Both the position numbers and the translations under genes were made by a program. Source: Coraliomargaritaceae bacterium (lineage in GTDB: Bacteria; Verrucomicrobiota; Verrucomicrobiia; Opitutales; Coraliomargaritaceae). Taken from it: a DNA stretch of 64,000 nucleotides. The DNA is taken from positions 32,001 to 96,000 of the forward strand of contig CBFHKU010000003.1 of the NCBI GenBank assembly GCA_965656495.1, written 5' to 3'. Shown piece by piece: positions 49,029-58,323 of the stretch (the stretch's first letter is position 1; the number at the start of each line of letters is the position of its first letter). Under the pieces are notes generated by a model. That model was not told the origin of the DNA, did no database searches, and worked only from the letters and a program-made list of their open reading frames with translations.

Positions 49029-49844
49029 ATGAATTACCTAAGACGAATAATAGAACTCTGGGCCAGAGGCAAAACTTTTAAAAGAAAGCTCAATGTGGGT
49101 GGGAAAATTGTTCCGCTAATAATCAGTCCAGATGCACAGTTAAAATACTTAAAGTCAGGCTCAGAAGGCTTTGATCGTGATTTGATAGCGATTGCTGAAC
49201 TCTTTCTAAAAAGGGATTCCAATGTTTGGGATGTTGGAGCTAATGTAGGAGTATTTACTTTTGCTGCAGCAGTTATCGCAAAGGAAGGCTCAGTGGTCTC
49301 GTTTGAGGCAGATACATGGCTTGTGGGTCTTTTGCGCCGCACGAGAAATTTGCCTGCTTTTAAGGATTTTAATATCAGAATATTACCAGTTGCTTTATCT
49401 GGCAAAGATGGTGTTGCCACTTTTCAAGTAGCAAAGCGAGGGCGTGCATCCAGCTCTCTTGAAAGTGCAGGTGGGCGCAGTCAGATGGGGGGAATTCGAG
49501 AGAAACAAGATGTCCCGACACTGAAAATCGATACACTGCTGAAGTCACTGGAGGCGCCAGATTTTATAAAAATAGATGTAGAAGGTGCCGAACTTATGGT
49601 TTTAAATGGTGCTCCTAATGTCATTCATCGCGTAAGACCAATATTTTATATTGAGGTTTCTCGTGAGTCACAAAGAGAAATCTTTGAGTTATTTAAAGAT
49701 GCCAATTATCTTAGTTATACTCATGGATTCAAAATTATAGATGATACAGAGAACGTTTCTAGTAATGTTTATTTTGTTCCTGAGGAAAAAGTTGATTTTT
49801 ATAAGGAGGCAAGTGCATCATGTGCGAGCAGTAAAATTTCATGA
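49029..49844 (+). CDS. FkbM-family methyltransferase
   Basis: WDVGANVG, IKIDVEGAE. Confidence 0.88.
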   Translation: MNYLRRIIELWARGKTFKRKLNVGGKIVPLIISPDAQLKYLKSGSEGFDRDLIAIAELFLKRDSNVWDVGANVGVFTFAAAVIAKEGSVVSFEADTWLVGLLRRTRNLPAFKDFNIRILPVALSGKDGVATFQVAKRGRASSSLESAGGRSQMGGIREKQDVPTLKIDTLLKSLEAPDFIKIDVEGAELMVLNGAPNVIHRVRPIFYIEVSRESQREIFELFKDANYLSYTHGFKIIDDTENVSSNVYFVPEEKVDFYKEASASCASSKIS

Positions 49845-50650
49845 TCTCTATTCTTATTTTAACTAAAAATGAAGCAGTAAATTTAGGGGATTGCCTAGAC
49901 TCGGTAGCATTTTCGGATGATGTCGTAATTTTAGATTCGGAAAGCACAGATGAGACAGTGCAGATTGCTAAATCCTATGGAACAACAGTGCTGACGCGTC
50001 CTTTTGATAATTATGCGGCGCAACGAAATTTTGGTCTGGCGCATAATTTCAAGCACGATTGGGTTCTCATGCTCGATGCCGATGAGCGGATTCCTGAGGA
50101 TTTTGTTGCAGAGATTCGTGCAGTAACGGATCGAATTGATAATCCAGTGACGCTCTATCGGATGCGCCGGAAGGATATGTTCATGGGGCGTTGGTTGAAG
50201 CGCTCCAGCGGCTACCCCACTTGGTTTGGGCGCCTCTTTCGTAAAGGGCAAGTTCGTGTAGAACGTGAAATCAATGAGGAATATTATACCGATGGTGAGA
50301 TTGGACTATTGCAGGGGCATTTGATTCATTACCCATTCAATAAAGGCATAGCCTATTGGTTTGAGCGGCACAATCGCTACTCTTCAATGGAGGCACTAAA
50401 GTTGAGCGAAGAACGTGCCGAATCCATTTCTTGGAAAGACTTTCTAAGTAAAGATCCAATGCTTAAACGCAAAGCCTTTAAGGCCTTTGCCTATCGTTTG
50501 CCATTTCGGCCATTACTGGCTTTTTGTTTTCTTTACATTTTTAAACTTGGTTTTCTCGACGGCAAAGCTGGCTTTCATTTCAGCCTTTTGCGTTCAACTT
50601 ATGAGTATATGATTTCGCTAAAAATGAAGGAGCTTAATCCTAAAAGTTGA
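49841..50650 (+). CDS. glycosyltransferase family 2
   Basis: TKNE, DSESTD, QRN, LDADE, GFLDGKAG. Confidence 0.9.
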   Translation: MISILILTKNEAVNLGDCLDSVAFSDDVVILDSESTDETVQIAKSYGTTVLTRPFDNYAAQRNFGLAHNFKHDWVLMLDADERIPEDFVAEIRAVTDRIDNPVTLYRMRRKDMFMGRWLKRSSGYPTWFGRLFRKGQVRVEREINEEYYTDGEIGLLQGHLIHYPFNKGIAYWFERHNRYSSMEALKLSEERAESISWKDFLSKDPMLKRKAFKAFAYRLPFRPLLAFCFLYIFKLGFLDGKAGFHFSLLRSTYEYMISLKMKELNPKS

Positions 50651-51950
50651 GGATAAACTCCACAAATTTTGAATAGGCTTTTGATCGATCAAATAAGGCT
50701 TCCGCCATCTTTCTAGCGTTGGCACTGTGGCGGTTTAAAATATTCAAATTAAACAAGTAATTCTCAAAGGCGGCATGGAGTGATTCCACGTCGCCTTCTT
50801 TGTGTTCGGAGCCCGCATTGTATTTTCTAAGTAGTTGCCCGAGTTCGCCGCCGAGGCAGCTTAGAATAGGCAGTCCTGCCGCAGCGTATTCCGCTACCTT
50901 GTAGGGACATGCGACCAGAGTTTCGGGTTTGTTGGTGACGAGGCCAATGTCTGCGTTGAGAAGAAGTTCGTTGACGCTTTGTTTATCGAGTTGGCCGTGA
51001 AATGTTACAACAGCGGAGTGGGAGAGCAGCTGGTGCTCTTGGCAGTATTTTTTTAATTCAGGCTCTTGGCTGCCGGTTCCTGCAAAGTGAAGATGAATGG
51101 ATATATTTCCGGATTCTCTGCATTTCTGGACAGCTTGTACGACGGTGCGAAGGTCGTAGCCTTCATTCATTGAGCCTAGACAGACTGCTTGTAATTCTTT
51201 AGATACGGATTCCGGTGTTGTTGCTTCCAGTTCTATGTTTTGGAAGCGGGAAAGGTCAGTCCCATGGTAGCAAAGATGCGTCGGGGTTGTGGAGTTTTCT
51301 TGTAGGTATTGATTTGCGAGATTCAGGTATGTCTGCCCAACCGCAGAAATTTTATACGCTTTTGTATAAGCTTGTTTGGCGGAAAAGTGCATCGGGTATA
51401 GGAGCCCGTTTTTGAGTTGTTTGGGGATCCATTTTGGCAGTGCCCGATAGAATGTTTCTGGCCAAGCATCCATGATGTCGACCACAACCTGGCACCTTCT
51501 GCTGCGATTGTTGGGCAATGACTGATTCACATAATCCCTGATCTTAAATGCCTGCTCGGCGACTCCTAGCGGTGGAAGCGATACTACAATGCGGTCGGGA
51601 GCTTTGAGGGTGCCATTCTTTAGCCCAGTGATGGCGTTCTTGTAGAAGCCAACGCCGAAGGCTTTGTGATTCCTTAACCGAGCGATACTGATGTTCTTGG
51701 TATAAGGCGGGGTCTCGATCAGACGGACGACAAAGCCGTCGGTGTCAGGGCAGGGCGGGCGCTTGGTTTTGCTGAGATGGGAAAAGTCGGAGGACCACCA
51801 GATGACTTCGTGTCCCTGTTCTGCTAATACGCGGCAGAGCGTCCAATAGCGTAAGGGCAGATCCGTTTCGTTAGGTAGTTGATCGAAGGGATTGACGACC
51901 CAAACGACTTTTGGGGTGCTGGATATTTCGTTCTGTTGCTCGCAAGACAT
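50640..51950 (-). CDS. glycosyltransferase family 4-like
   Basis: DIMDAWPE, PYKVAEYAAAGLP. Confidence 0.8.
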   Translation of the reverse strand: MSCEQQNEISSTPKVVWVVNPFDQLPNETDLPLRYWTLCRVLAEQGHEVIWWSSDFSHLSKTKRPPCPDTDGFVVRLIETPPYTKNISIARLRNHKAFGVGFYKNAITGLKNGTLKAPDRIVVSLPPLGVAEQAFKIRDYVNQSLPNNRSRRCQVVVDIMDAWPETFYRALPKWIPKQLKNGLLYPMHFSAKQAYTKAYKISAVGQTYLNLANQYLQENSTTPTHLCYHGTDLSRFQNIELEATTPESVSKELQAVCLGSMNEGYDLRTVVQAVQKCRESGNISIHLHFAGTGSQEPELKKYCQEHQLLSHSAVVTFHGQLDKQSVNELLLNADIGLVTNKPETLVACPYKVAEYAAAGLPILSCLGGELGQLLRKYNAGSEHKEGDVESLHAAFENYLFNLNILNRHSANARKMAEALFDRSKAYSKFVEFILNF

Positions 51951-51959
51951 AAGATCGAA

Positions 51960-53339
51960 TTAGGCGGAGACAGATTGGAGAAAGTCAGCGATAAGTTTTG
52001 TGCGATCAAAGTTTGTTTGAACTGCCGCATGGGCGCGGGCTTGCATGGCAGCCCGCTCTTCTTCGCATTGGTCGGCGGCTGCCTTGAGGGCAGCGACTGC
52101 GGCGTCGACATCGCCGTGCTCAATCGACCAGCCGACAGGCTCTACCTGTGATGATTGATGATTGATGGTTGATACTTGATCGGGTTCAATGATGTCGCTG
52201 AGGTAGCTGTCTTTCGGGCCAAGGGTAAGCACTGCTCGGCCAATGCTGAGGGCTCCATAGATTTTACAGGGGTGTACTATCCCGCTCATATTTTCGCCTA
52301 GAGAGACGATATGCAGGTCGGCGGCGGAAAGGGAGTAGCGTATCTGATCGAGCGGTTGGTAGGGGAGAGACACGACCGAAGGTCGTGATGTTGAAGGTGG
52401 GAAAGTTTGAATGTGTGAAGGTTGTTTACTTCTTCCCTTATCTGCCTGAGGGATAAATTCGTTGTCAGACTTTCTTACTTTCTTACTTTCATACTTTCGC
52501 ACCCAGTCGTCGATGCGTGCATCGACGACGGCCTTTCCTTTGCCGCCGCCGATGAAGGCGAAAACGAAGCGTGGGTCGTCCGCAAGTTTTTCGGCGGCAT
52601 CCAGTATCGTGTCGAGCGGATGTACGATACTGTGATTGCCGCTATACATTACAACGAACTTGTTCTCCCAGCCTTGTGCTTTGCGGAAAGGATTATCGGC
52701 ATGGGCAACGGGGTCTAAATGATCATCCATTGGCCAGGGAGGGATGACATGAATTGGAGCTCTTAAATCTTTTTCAGGATCACGAAGCTTTGCTTCAAGG
52801 CGAGCTTTCATGAAGCGATCGAGCGCGATAATGGTATCGGCGCGTTTAAGAATACGTCGGTTCAGCCAATCCATCGCAAGGACCAAGGGGTGACCCTTGC
52901 CGAATTTCCCCATCGCGATGGCTTGATCCGGATTGATGTCCATCACCCAGTAGTGCACCTTCAGGCGGGGACGAAAAAATCCAATAGTGACGGCGCATAT
53001 CGCAGCCATGGGTGGGGAGGTTGAAACGAGCAGGTCGGTCAGTTTTCGGTTAAACAGCCCATGAAAGATACATTGGCAGAGAAAAGAAAGTTGAGCCAAA
53101 ATACGAATTGCCAGGTTGGCTTTACCCAATGAAGCAAGCTTCAGTCGCCGGATATGGATCCCATCGCGCGCTTCTTTCGCCTTAAAGACTTCAGCAGGAT
53201 TATCATAACCTCGGATTGCAGTTAGAACCTCAACGGCATTTCCCTTTTTTACTAAAGTTTGTGCTGCTTCATCCAAATATTGGCCGACAGCGGCGGGGTC
53301 GGGCGGGAAAACCTGAGTGATAATGAGGAACCGTTTCAT
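51960..53339 (-). CDS. WcaI-like glycosyltransferase family 4 with repeat-derived insertions
   Basis: QVFPPD, STSPP, WVMDINPD, YSGN, HPCKIYG. Confidence 0.85.
   Translation of the reverse strand: MKRFLIITQVFPPDPAAVGQYLDEAAQTLVKKGNAVEVLTAIRGYDNPAEVFKAKEARDGIHIRRLKLASLGKANLAIRILAQLSFLCQCIFHGLFNRKLTDLLVSTSPPMAAICAVTIGFFRPRLKVHYWVMDINPDQAIAMGKFGKGHPLVLAMDWLNRRILKRADTIIALDRFMKARLEAKLRDPEKDLRAPIHVIPPWPMDDHLDPVAHADNPFRKAQGWENKFVVMYSGNHSIVHPLDTILDAAEKLADDPRFVFAFIGGGKGKAVVDARIDDWVRKYESKKVRKSDNEFIPQADKGRSKQPSHIQTFPPSTSRPSVVSLPYQPLDQIRYSLSAADLHIVSLGENMSGIVHPCKIYGALSIGRAVLTLGPKDSYLSDIIEPDQVSTINHQSSQVEPVGWSIEHGDVDAAVAALKAAADQCEEERAAMQARAHAAVQTNFDRTKLIADFLQSVSA
52393..52500. repeat. inverted pair of 8-mer arrays inside the WcaI-like gene
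   Basis: gaaggtgg gaaagttt gaatgtgt gaaggttg ... actttctt actttctt actttcat actttcgc. Confidence 0.8.
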
Positions 53340-53436
53340 ATGCCTTAAGGTAAGGTTGTGTCGTAATTAGATTCATTCGCAATGCTGAATGAACTCGAAA
53401 TTTTTAATCAGCGCACTAAGTTGTTCGTTCTGTAAT

Positions 53437-55878
53437 ATGCGTTTTTTCACGATTTTTGTATTATTAATGCCTCTTGTCTTGAGCGCGAGCACTCCAGATA
53501 GTCGAGTCAAAAATATTCCCAATACCGCGCGGCTGGAACTGGCGGCGGTGCGGGAGGTGGTGTTGCCGGAGGGGGCTTCGGAAAAGTTGGTGGCGGCGGT
53601 TGGGGATTTGCAGGTGGTCTGGGCTGAACGGGTGCGGGGTTCGAGCGGGCTTAACTTGGCGACGGGAGCGCCGTCTAAGTTTTCGATCGTGTTGGAGTAT
53701 CGCGATGTGCCGGCATGGGTGCGTTTGTGGCGGCCCTGGCCGGCGGGGAGTTTTACGATTTCCCGGGAGCGGAGCCGGGTCTACATTCGGGCGGTAGGCG
53801 ATGCGGGTTTGCTGAATGGAGTCTATGCGCTTTGTCATGAGGTGCTGGGGGCGCGCTGGTATTGGGCGGGGGATTTGGGGAAAGCCTATGTGGGCGAAGT
53901 GCCGCGCTTTTTTCCGGAACGTTTCGGGTCGCGTTCGCCCGCTTTTGTGCAGCGCAGGATGTATCCGATGAACAACGACTTCGGACGGCGGAATCGTTTG
54001 GTTGGGGGTTACAGTTTTAATCACAACATGGCGAGGGTCTTCAGTCCGAAGGTCTACGCGGCTGACCCGGAGATTTTTCCGGTGGTGCGGGGAGTGAAGA
54101 AAATCCCGAAGGGCAGCGGGGCGTATGATGCCATGCCGGATCTCTTGCATCCACGGTCAGTGGAAATCGCGGCGGAGGCGGCCTTGGAGCATTTCGCGGC
54201 GAATCCGGAGAGTGTCAGCTTTTCGCTCTCGATCAATGACAATACCAATTTCGACGGGCAGGCACAGACCCGCGAATTTTTCGGGGAGATGGAGTTTTAC
54301 CGCAGGCGCCCGAATTTCTCGGACTATGTTTTCCGTTTTATGAATGCGGTAGCAAAGCAAGTCTTTGATGAGGGGGGTGCATGGAAGACGCCTGATGGGG
54401 AAGACCGCTATCTTACCGCACTGGCTTATCATTGGACGGAGCAATCGCCGGGCTTTAAGCTGCACCCCCGGGTCATGCCGGTGCTAACTTCAGACCGCGC
54501 GCAGTGGCACGATCCCGACTATCGCATGGATGACCGCGCCCTTATAAAACGTTGGTCGCGGAGCGGGACAAAACGAATCGCCACTTGGGATTATTATTTT
54601 GGTTCGCCTTACCCTTATCCTCGGCAGTTTAACCAATGGATCAGCGAAAGCATCAGGCACCTGGCGAAGAACAAGGTAACGGTGTTTTTCTCGCAACTGC
54701 CCTCGGCATGGGGCTTGGATGGTGGCAAGGCATGGTTGGCCTCGCGGCTCTTGTGGAATCCCTCTCTGGATACAGAGGAATTGTTGGATGAATTCTACAC
54801 TACCTTCTTCGGGCCGGCGGCGGGTGCGATGCGGGCTTTTTATGAAAGGGCGGAGGCGCATCGCAACGCTCATGAAGGGGAGTGGTGTTGGATCAAGCAT
54901 TATCTGGACGAAGCCGCGATTGAACTCTTTCCGCCGACGGTTTTGCGGGAAATGCGCGACTCGATCGAGGCGGGTCGTGCGAGCGTGTCAGCAGATTCAA
55001 TCTACGCGAAACGCATTGCGGTGGTTTCAGACGCTTTCGGTTTTACGGAACAGTACGCCGTATACCAGACCGCGCGGCGCGAGCTGGTGGATGCGACTCT
55101 GGCAGAAAGCCCCTCGCTCGCGGGTAAAATCGGAACCTTCCTCGAGGCGCGGGTCGGCTTTGAAGGGTATGCGGAGAATCTTTTGCAGGATCCCATGCAC
55201 GCGCGGCTGGAATACTTCATGCGCTTGAATCAATCCGACCCGGTGCCGATGGCGTTGGGGGTCGCGGCGCGACTGGAGGCTTCCTTGGATGGTCTGGATC
55301 TCACTGACTATGCCGCGAATCTGGAGGTTGCCGCACGTTGGGCAAAGCAGCCGACGGCTTTTAAGAAAGTTTTCTGGAACGAGGACCTCAGGCATCAATT
55401 TGGAATGACCCGAGCCCGAACATTCTATGAGCCGAGTATTCCGAAAATCTATGATTGGTCGCTTGGTCTGCGGGCGGCAGAGCATCTGCGTATCGCGCCT
55501 GCTTCGGGGAATGCCGGCCTTCTTATTATGCACGCAGACTACGTGAATTTTTATAGCGATGTGCGTTTGAAAAACACCCGCGATTACGTGATAGAATTTG
55601 AACTGGAAGCTCTAAACAGTCCGGACAATCGGATTTTTGTGCAGGCGATATGGAAGGATGCCGACAATAAAAAGATTCGGAATGATAAGCTGCTGCAGTT
55701 ACCGAACGACGAGGCTGGGCGGAGCTATCGTTTTTTCATTCCGGTGCGATCACCGGAGGCGGCTGCGTTTCTTCAGGTTCGTTTGAAAACTGAGCGCCAA
55801 TATCCGGGCGATTACTTAAAAGTTATGCGCGCCCAAGTGCACGCGGGACTCAAGGACTCCGCCGCGGCGGCGCAATAA
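53437..55878 (+). CDS. secreted DUF4838-like (glycoside-hydrolase-like) protein
   Basis: Signal peptide; GLLNGVY..LGARWY, SLSIND, F.NAVA, LAY, LLWNP..D...LDEFY..FFGPAA pattern. Confidence 0.6.
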   Translation: MRFFTIFVLLMPLVLSASTPDSRVKNIPNTARLELAAVREVVLPEGASEKLVAAVGDLQVVWAERVRGSSGLNLATGAPSKFSIVLEYRDVPAWVRLWRPWPAGSFTISRERSRVYIRAVGDAGLLNGVYALCHEVLGARWYWAGDLGKAYVGEVPRFFPERFGSRSPAFVQRRMYPMNNDFGRRNRLVGGYSFNHNMARVFSPKVYAADPEIFPVVRGVKKIPKGSGAYDAMPDLLHPRSVEIAAEAALEHFAANPESVSFSLSINDNTNFDGQAQTREFFGEMEFYRRRPNFSDYVFRFMNAVAKQVFDEGGAWKTPDGEDRYLTALAYHWTEQSPGFKLHPRVMPVLTSDRAQWHDPDYRMDDRALIKRWSRSGTKRIATWDYYFGSPYPYPRQFNQWISESIRHLAKNKVTVFFSQLPSAWGLDGGKAWLASRLLWNPSLDTEELLDEFYTTFFGPAAGAMRAFYERAEAHRNAHEGEWCWIKHYLDEAAIELFPPTVLREMRDSIEAGRASVSADSIYAKRIAVVSDAFGFTEQYAVYQTARRELVDATLAESPSLAGKIGTFLEARVGFEGYAENLLQDPMHARLEYFMRLNQSDPVPMALGVAARLEASLDGLDLTDYAANLEVAARWAKQPTAFKKVFWNEDLRHQFGMTRARTFYEPSIPKIYDWSLGLRAAEHLRIAPASGNAGLLIMHADYVNFYSDVRLKNTRDYVIEFELEALNSPDNRIFVQAIWKDADNKKIRNDKLLQLPNDEAGRSYRFFIPVRSPEAAAFLQVRLKTERQYPGDYLKVMRAQVHAGLKDSAAAAQ

Positions 55879-56434
55879 TCCAGAGCACGGGGGGCAGGGC
55901 TTTCTTGCCCAGGGCGGGGTCGTAGCACTCCACTCGCCAGCCTTCCGATTCTTTTGCGCGCATCCACGAGGCCACTGCATCCGCCTCGTTCGACCCGCCG
56001 GGGTGCGCGCGGTACGCGGTCACGAGTAGGAGCCCATCCGGCGCAAGGAGGCGGCCGCTGGCATCCAAAGCCCTTACGGTGTCGCTTGCCTGAGTCTGGA
56101 TCGTCTTTTCGCTGCCGGGCAGATAGCCGAGATTAAAAACGATCACTTGGGCGGTGGCGGGCGATTGCTCCGCAAGGGTAGCCAGCACGGTGGCATGGTT
56201 GTCTTGATGGAGCTGCACTTGCTCAAGGCAGCCCCCTTCGCGCAGACGTTCCCGCGTGGCACCGATGGCGGCAGCCTGCACATCGATCGCGCAGACGCGC
56301 CCGGTTGCGCCCACCTGTTCTGCAAGCAGGAGACTGTCGTGTCCATTCCCGGCGGTGGCATCGACCGCGAAGTCGCCTGGGCGCAAGTGGGCTTTGATTC
56401 GATCGTGGACGAGTTGGGTTAAACGCTGCTTCAT
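55850..56434 (-). CDS. SAM-dependent methyltransferase, YtqB/MnmM-like
   Basis: VDATAGNGHDS, FNLGYLPG, Y.AHPGG..E motifs. Confidence 0.8.
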   Translation of the reverse strand: MKQRLTQLVHDRIKAHLRPGDFAVDATAGNGHDSLLLAEQVGATGRVCAIDVQAAAIGATRERLREGGCLEQVQLHQDNHATVLATLAEQSPATAQVIVFNLGYLPGSEKTIQTQASDTVRALDASGRLLAPDGLLLVTAYRAHPGGSNEADAVASWMRAKESEGWRVECYDPALGKKALPPVLWIIAPPRRSP

Positions 56435-56436
56435 TT

Positions 56437-56688
56437 AAACACAGAGGATTGGAGTTATAGAAAAACGCGGAGGATCAAAGAATTGGAGTTGTGGATATTA
56501 TAAACGCAGAGGATCAAAGAAATGGAGTTATTTATTATAAACGCGGAGGATCAAAGAATCGGAGTTATGGATGTAATAAACGCAGAGCATCAAAGAATCG
56601 GAGTTATGGATGTAATAAACGCAGAGCATCAAAGAATCGGAGTTGTTGATTTAATGAATATCTCTCCGTTCCTCTGCTCCTCTGCGTT
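56437..56688. repeat. ~39-bp tandem repeat (5 full units + 1 partial) with a terminal inverted copy
   Basis: Units AAACGCRGAGSATCAAAGAATYGGAGTT.. start at 56463, 56502, 56539, 56578, 56617; inverted copy at 56664-56688. Confidence 0.92.
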
Positions 56689-56707
56689 AATAATTTGATG
56701 GGCTCAA

Positions 56708-57799
56708 TCAGGGTTGGCGCAAAAAGCGGGCGAGGTCGGTTTCGGGATAAAGAGGGCGCTCGTGCAGGAGATAATCGACAAACTGACGGGTCATGAGTGG
56801 AGCGAGGGAAGCGCCTTTTGAACCGAGGCCGTTGAGGAGATAGAGTCCTTTCTTTTGAGGGTGCTGTCCCATTATGGGGCGGGCATCTACGGTGCTGGGA
56901 CGCAGACCTGCGAGGTGTTGCTCGATTTCCAACTCGGGCACTTTCTTTAGTATTTTTGCCAAGCCTTCAAGGAGGGCGGTCTTCGCGGCGGCAGTCGGTG
57001 TTTCGCTCAAATCCTCCTCGTCATAAGTGGCGCCGATGCGGAAGCGGTTTTCGCCGTAGGGCAGGAGCCATTTTCCGTTGTGGAAGATGGAGTGGGGGAG
57101 TTGCAGTTCCGGGCAGGAGAAGGCAAGGGTCTCGCCCTTAACCGGCTTCATCGCCAAGTCGGGGAAAAATGGATTTTGAGTGACGGCGGCGCCTTCGCAA
57201 AAAACGACCTGCTGCGCGGTGACATTTTTATACTGCCAAAGCCCTTCCGCTCCTTGCTGGAGCGCGTGGTGGTCAAAGTATTCCTCGCGGTAGCAATCCG
57301 CCGCCACGAGGTCGGCCCGCATCGCCGCGAGTAAGGGCGGGAGATCCACGTAGGCTGCGCCGTGAATTTCAAAACTCCCGCAGGGATCCTGCAAGGCCTC
57401 GGGGCCTTCACCCGCCGGGCTGAGTTTCCCCAACACATCGGCGTAGCGGGGATTGCGCGAGCGACGCCCGATGCGTTTGAGGTCTGCTTCATTCTGGCAG
57501 AAACGTCGCAAGGGGATGGGGTGGTAAATTTGAATGCCAAGCTCCGCCTCGATGGTGCGGTAGCTGTGCTCTGCTTCGGGGAGGAGTGCATCAATTTGCC
57601 AGCTTTTGACCGCCCATCGTCCCGTCACCGGATTGATAACCCCCGCCGCGACCGAAGCCGCACAGGGCTTTGAGGAATCACCCACCACAAGGACCCGTTG
57701 CCCCGCGGCACGCAGACGCCATGCCAGCAGGCATCCAGCTAGACCCGCCCCCACAATGAGGGTGTCGGGCGCTGCTGCTTCTTGGTTGATCGTTTCCAC
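56708..57799 (-). CDS. FAD-dependent oxidoreductase (DAO / MnmC C-terminal-like)
   Basis: IVGAGLAG, ASVAAG, KGE, IGATY, AGLRP..D.RP, NGLGSKG. Confidence 0.8.
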   Translation of the reverse strand: METINQEAAAPDTLIVGAGLAGCLLAWRLRAAGQRVLVVGDSSKPCAASVAAGVINPVTGRWAVKSWQIDALLPEAEHSYRTIEAELGIQIYHPIPLRRFCQNEADLKRIGRRSRNPRYADVLGKLSPAGEGPEALQDPCGSFEIHGAAYVDLPPLLAAMRADLVAADCYREEYFDHHALQQGAEGLWQYKNVTAQQVVFCEGAAVTQNPFFPDLAMKPVKGETLAFSCPELQLPHSIFHNGKWLLPYGENRFRIGATYDEEDLSETPTAAAKTALLEGLAKILKKVPELEIEQHLAGLRPSTVDARPIMGQHPQKKGLYLLNGLGSKGASLAPLMTRQFVDYLLHERPLYPETDLARFLRQP

Positions 57800-57864
57800 C
57801 GCTTTACGTATTACTTATTAACCTCAAACATCAACCTGAAAGCCTCCCGCCGCAAACACTTCCT

Positions 57865-58323
57865 GTGAAGCTGCTCCAAAAAATCCGCCGTCTTTTCTCG
57901 CCCAAGCTACGTCCGCCGGGCCCAGAGGCTACAACTGCGGAAAAGGGCCGTTTCGGAGAAGACCTGGCGGCACAATTTTGCCGTGAGAAGCTCCATTACC
58001 GCATCATTGCCCGAAATTGGCGCTGCGGACACGACGAGATCGATCTTATTTGCCGCGATAACAAAGTGCTGGTGTTCATCGAAGTGCGTACCCGCAAAGC
58101 AGGGGCACGCATTCAAGGCGTCCAGTCCGTGGATCGCCGCAAGCGCCGCAAATTGAAGCGTGCCTGCCGTAATTATCTCTATCGCCTCCGCGAGCCGGCG
58201 CCCCATTTCCGTTTTGACATTATCGATATTGCCCTCTCCAAAAAAGGAGTGGGAAAGATTCGCCATTTCCCAAATATTCAGCTTTTCTCCAAACACTTTA
58301 GTGTCCCTATTTGCTCAAAATGA
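57865..58323 (+). CDS. YraN (UPF0102) family nuclease-fold protein
   Basis: GRFGEDLA, ARNWR, EIDLI, FIEVRTR, RFDII. Confidence 0.88.
   Translation: MKLLQKIRRLFSPKLRPPGPEATTAEKGRFGEDLAAQFCREKLHYRIIARNWRCGHDEIDLICRDNKVLVFIEVRTRKAGARIQGVQSVDRRKRRKLKRACRNYLYRLREPAPHFRFDIIDIALSKKGVGKIRHFPNIQLFSKHFSVPICSK

Noticed and set aside
53372..53393. TTCATTC-N8-GAATGAA palindrome in the divergent promoter region
   Set aside because: Single occurrence with different spacing from the TTCA-N8-TGAA motif; no function can be assigned
56437..56688. CRISPR array
   Set aside because: Linkers are only ~10 nt and resemble each other (two are identical); no cas genes in the window
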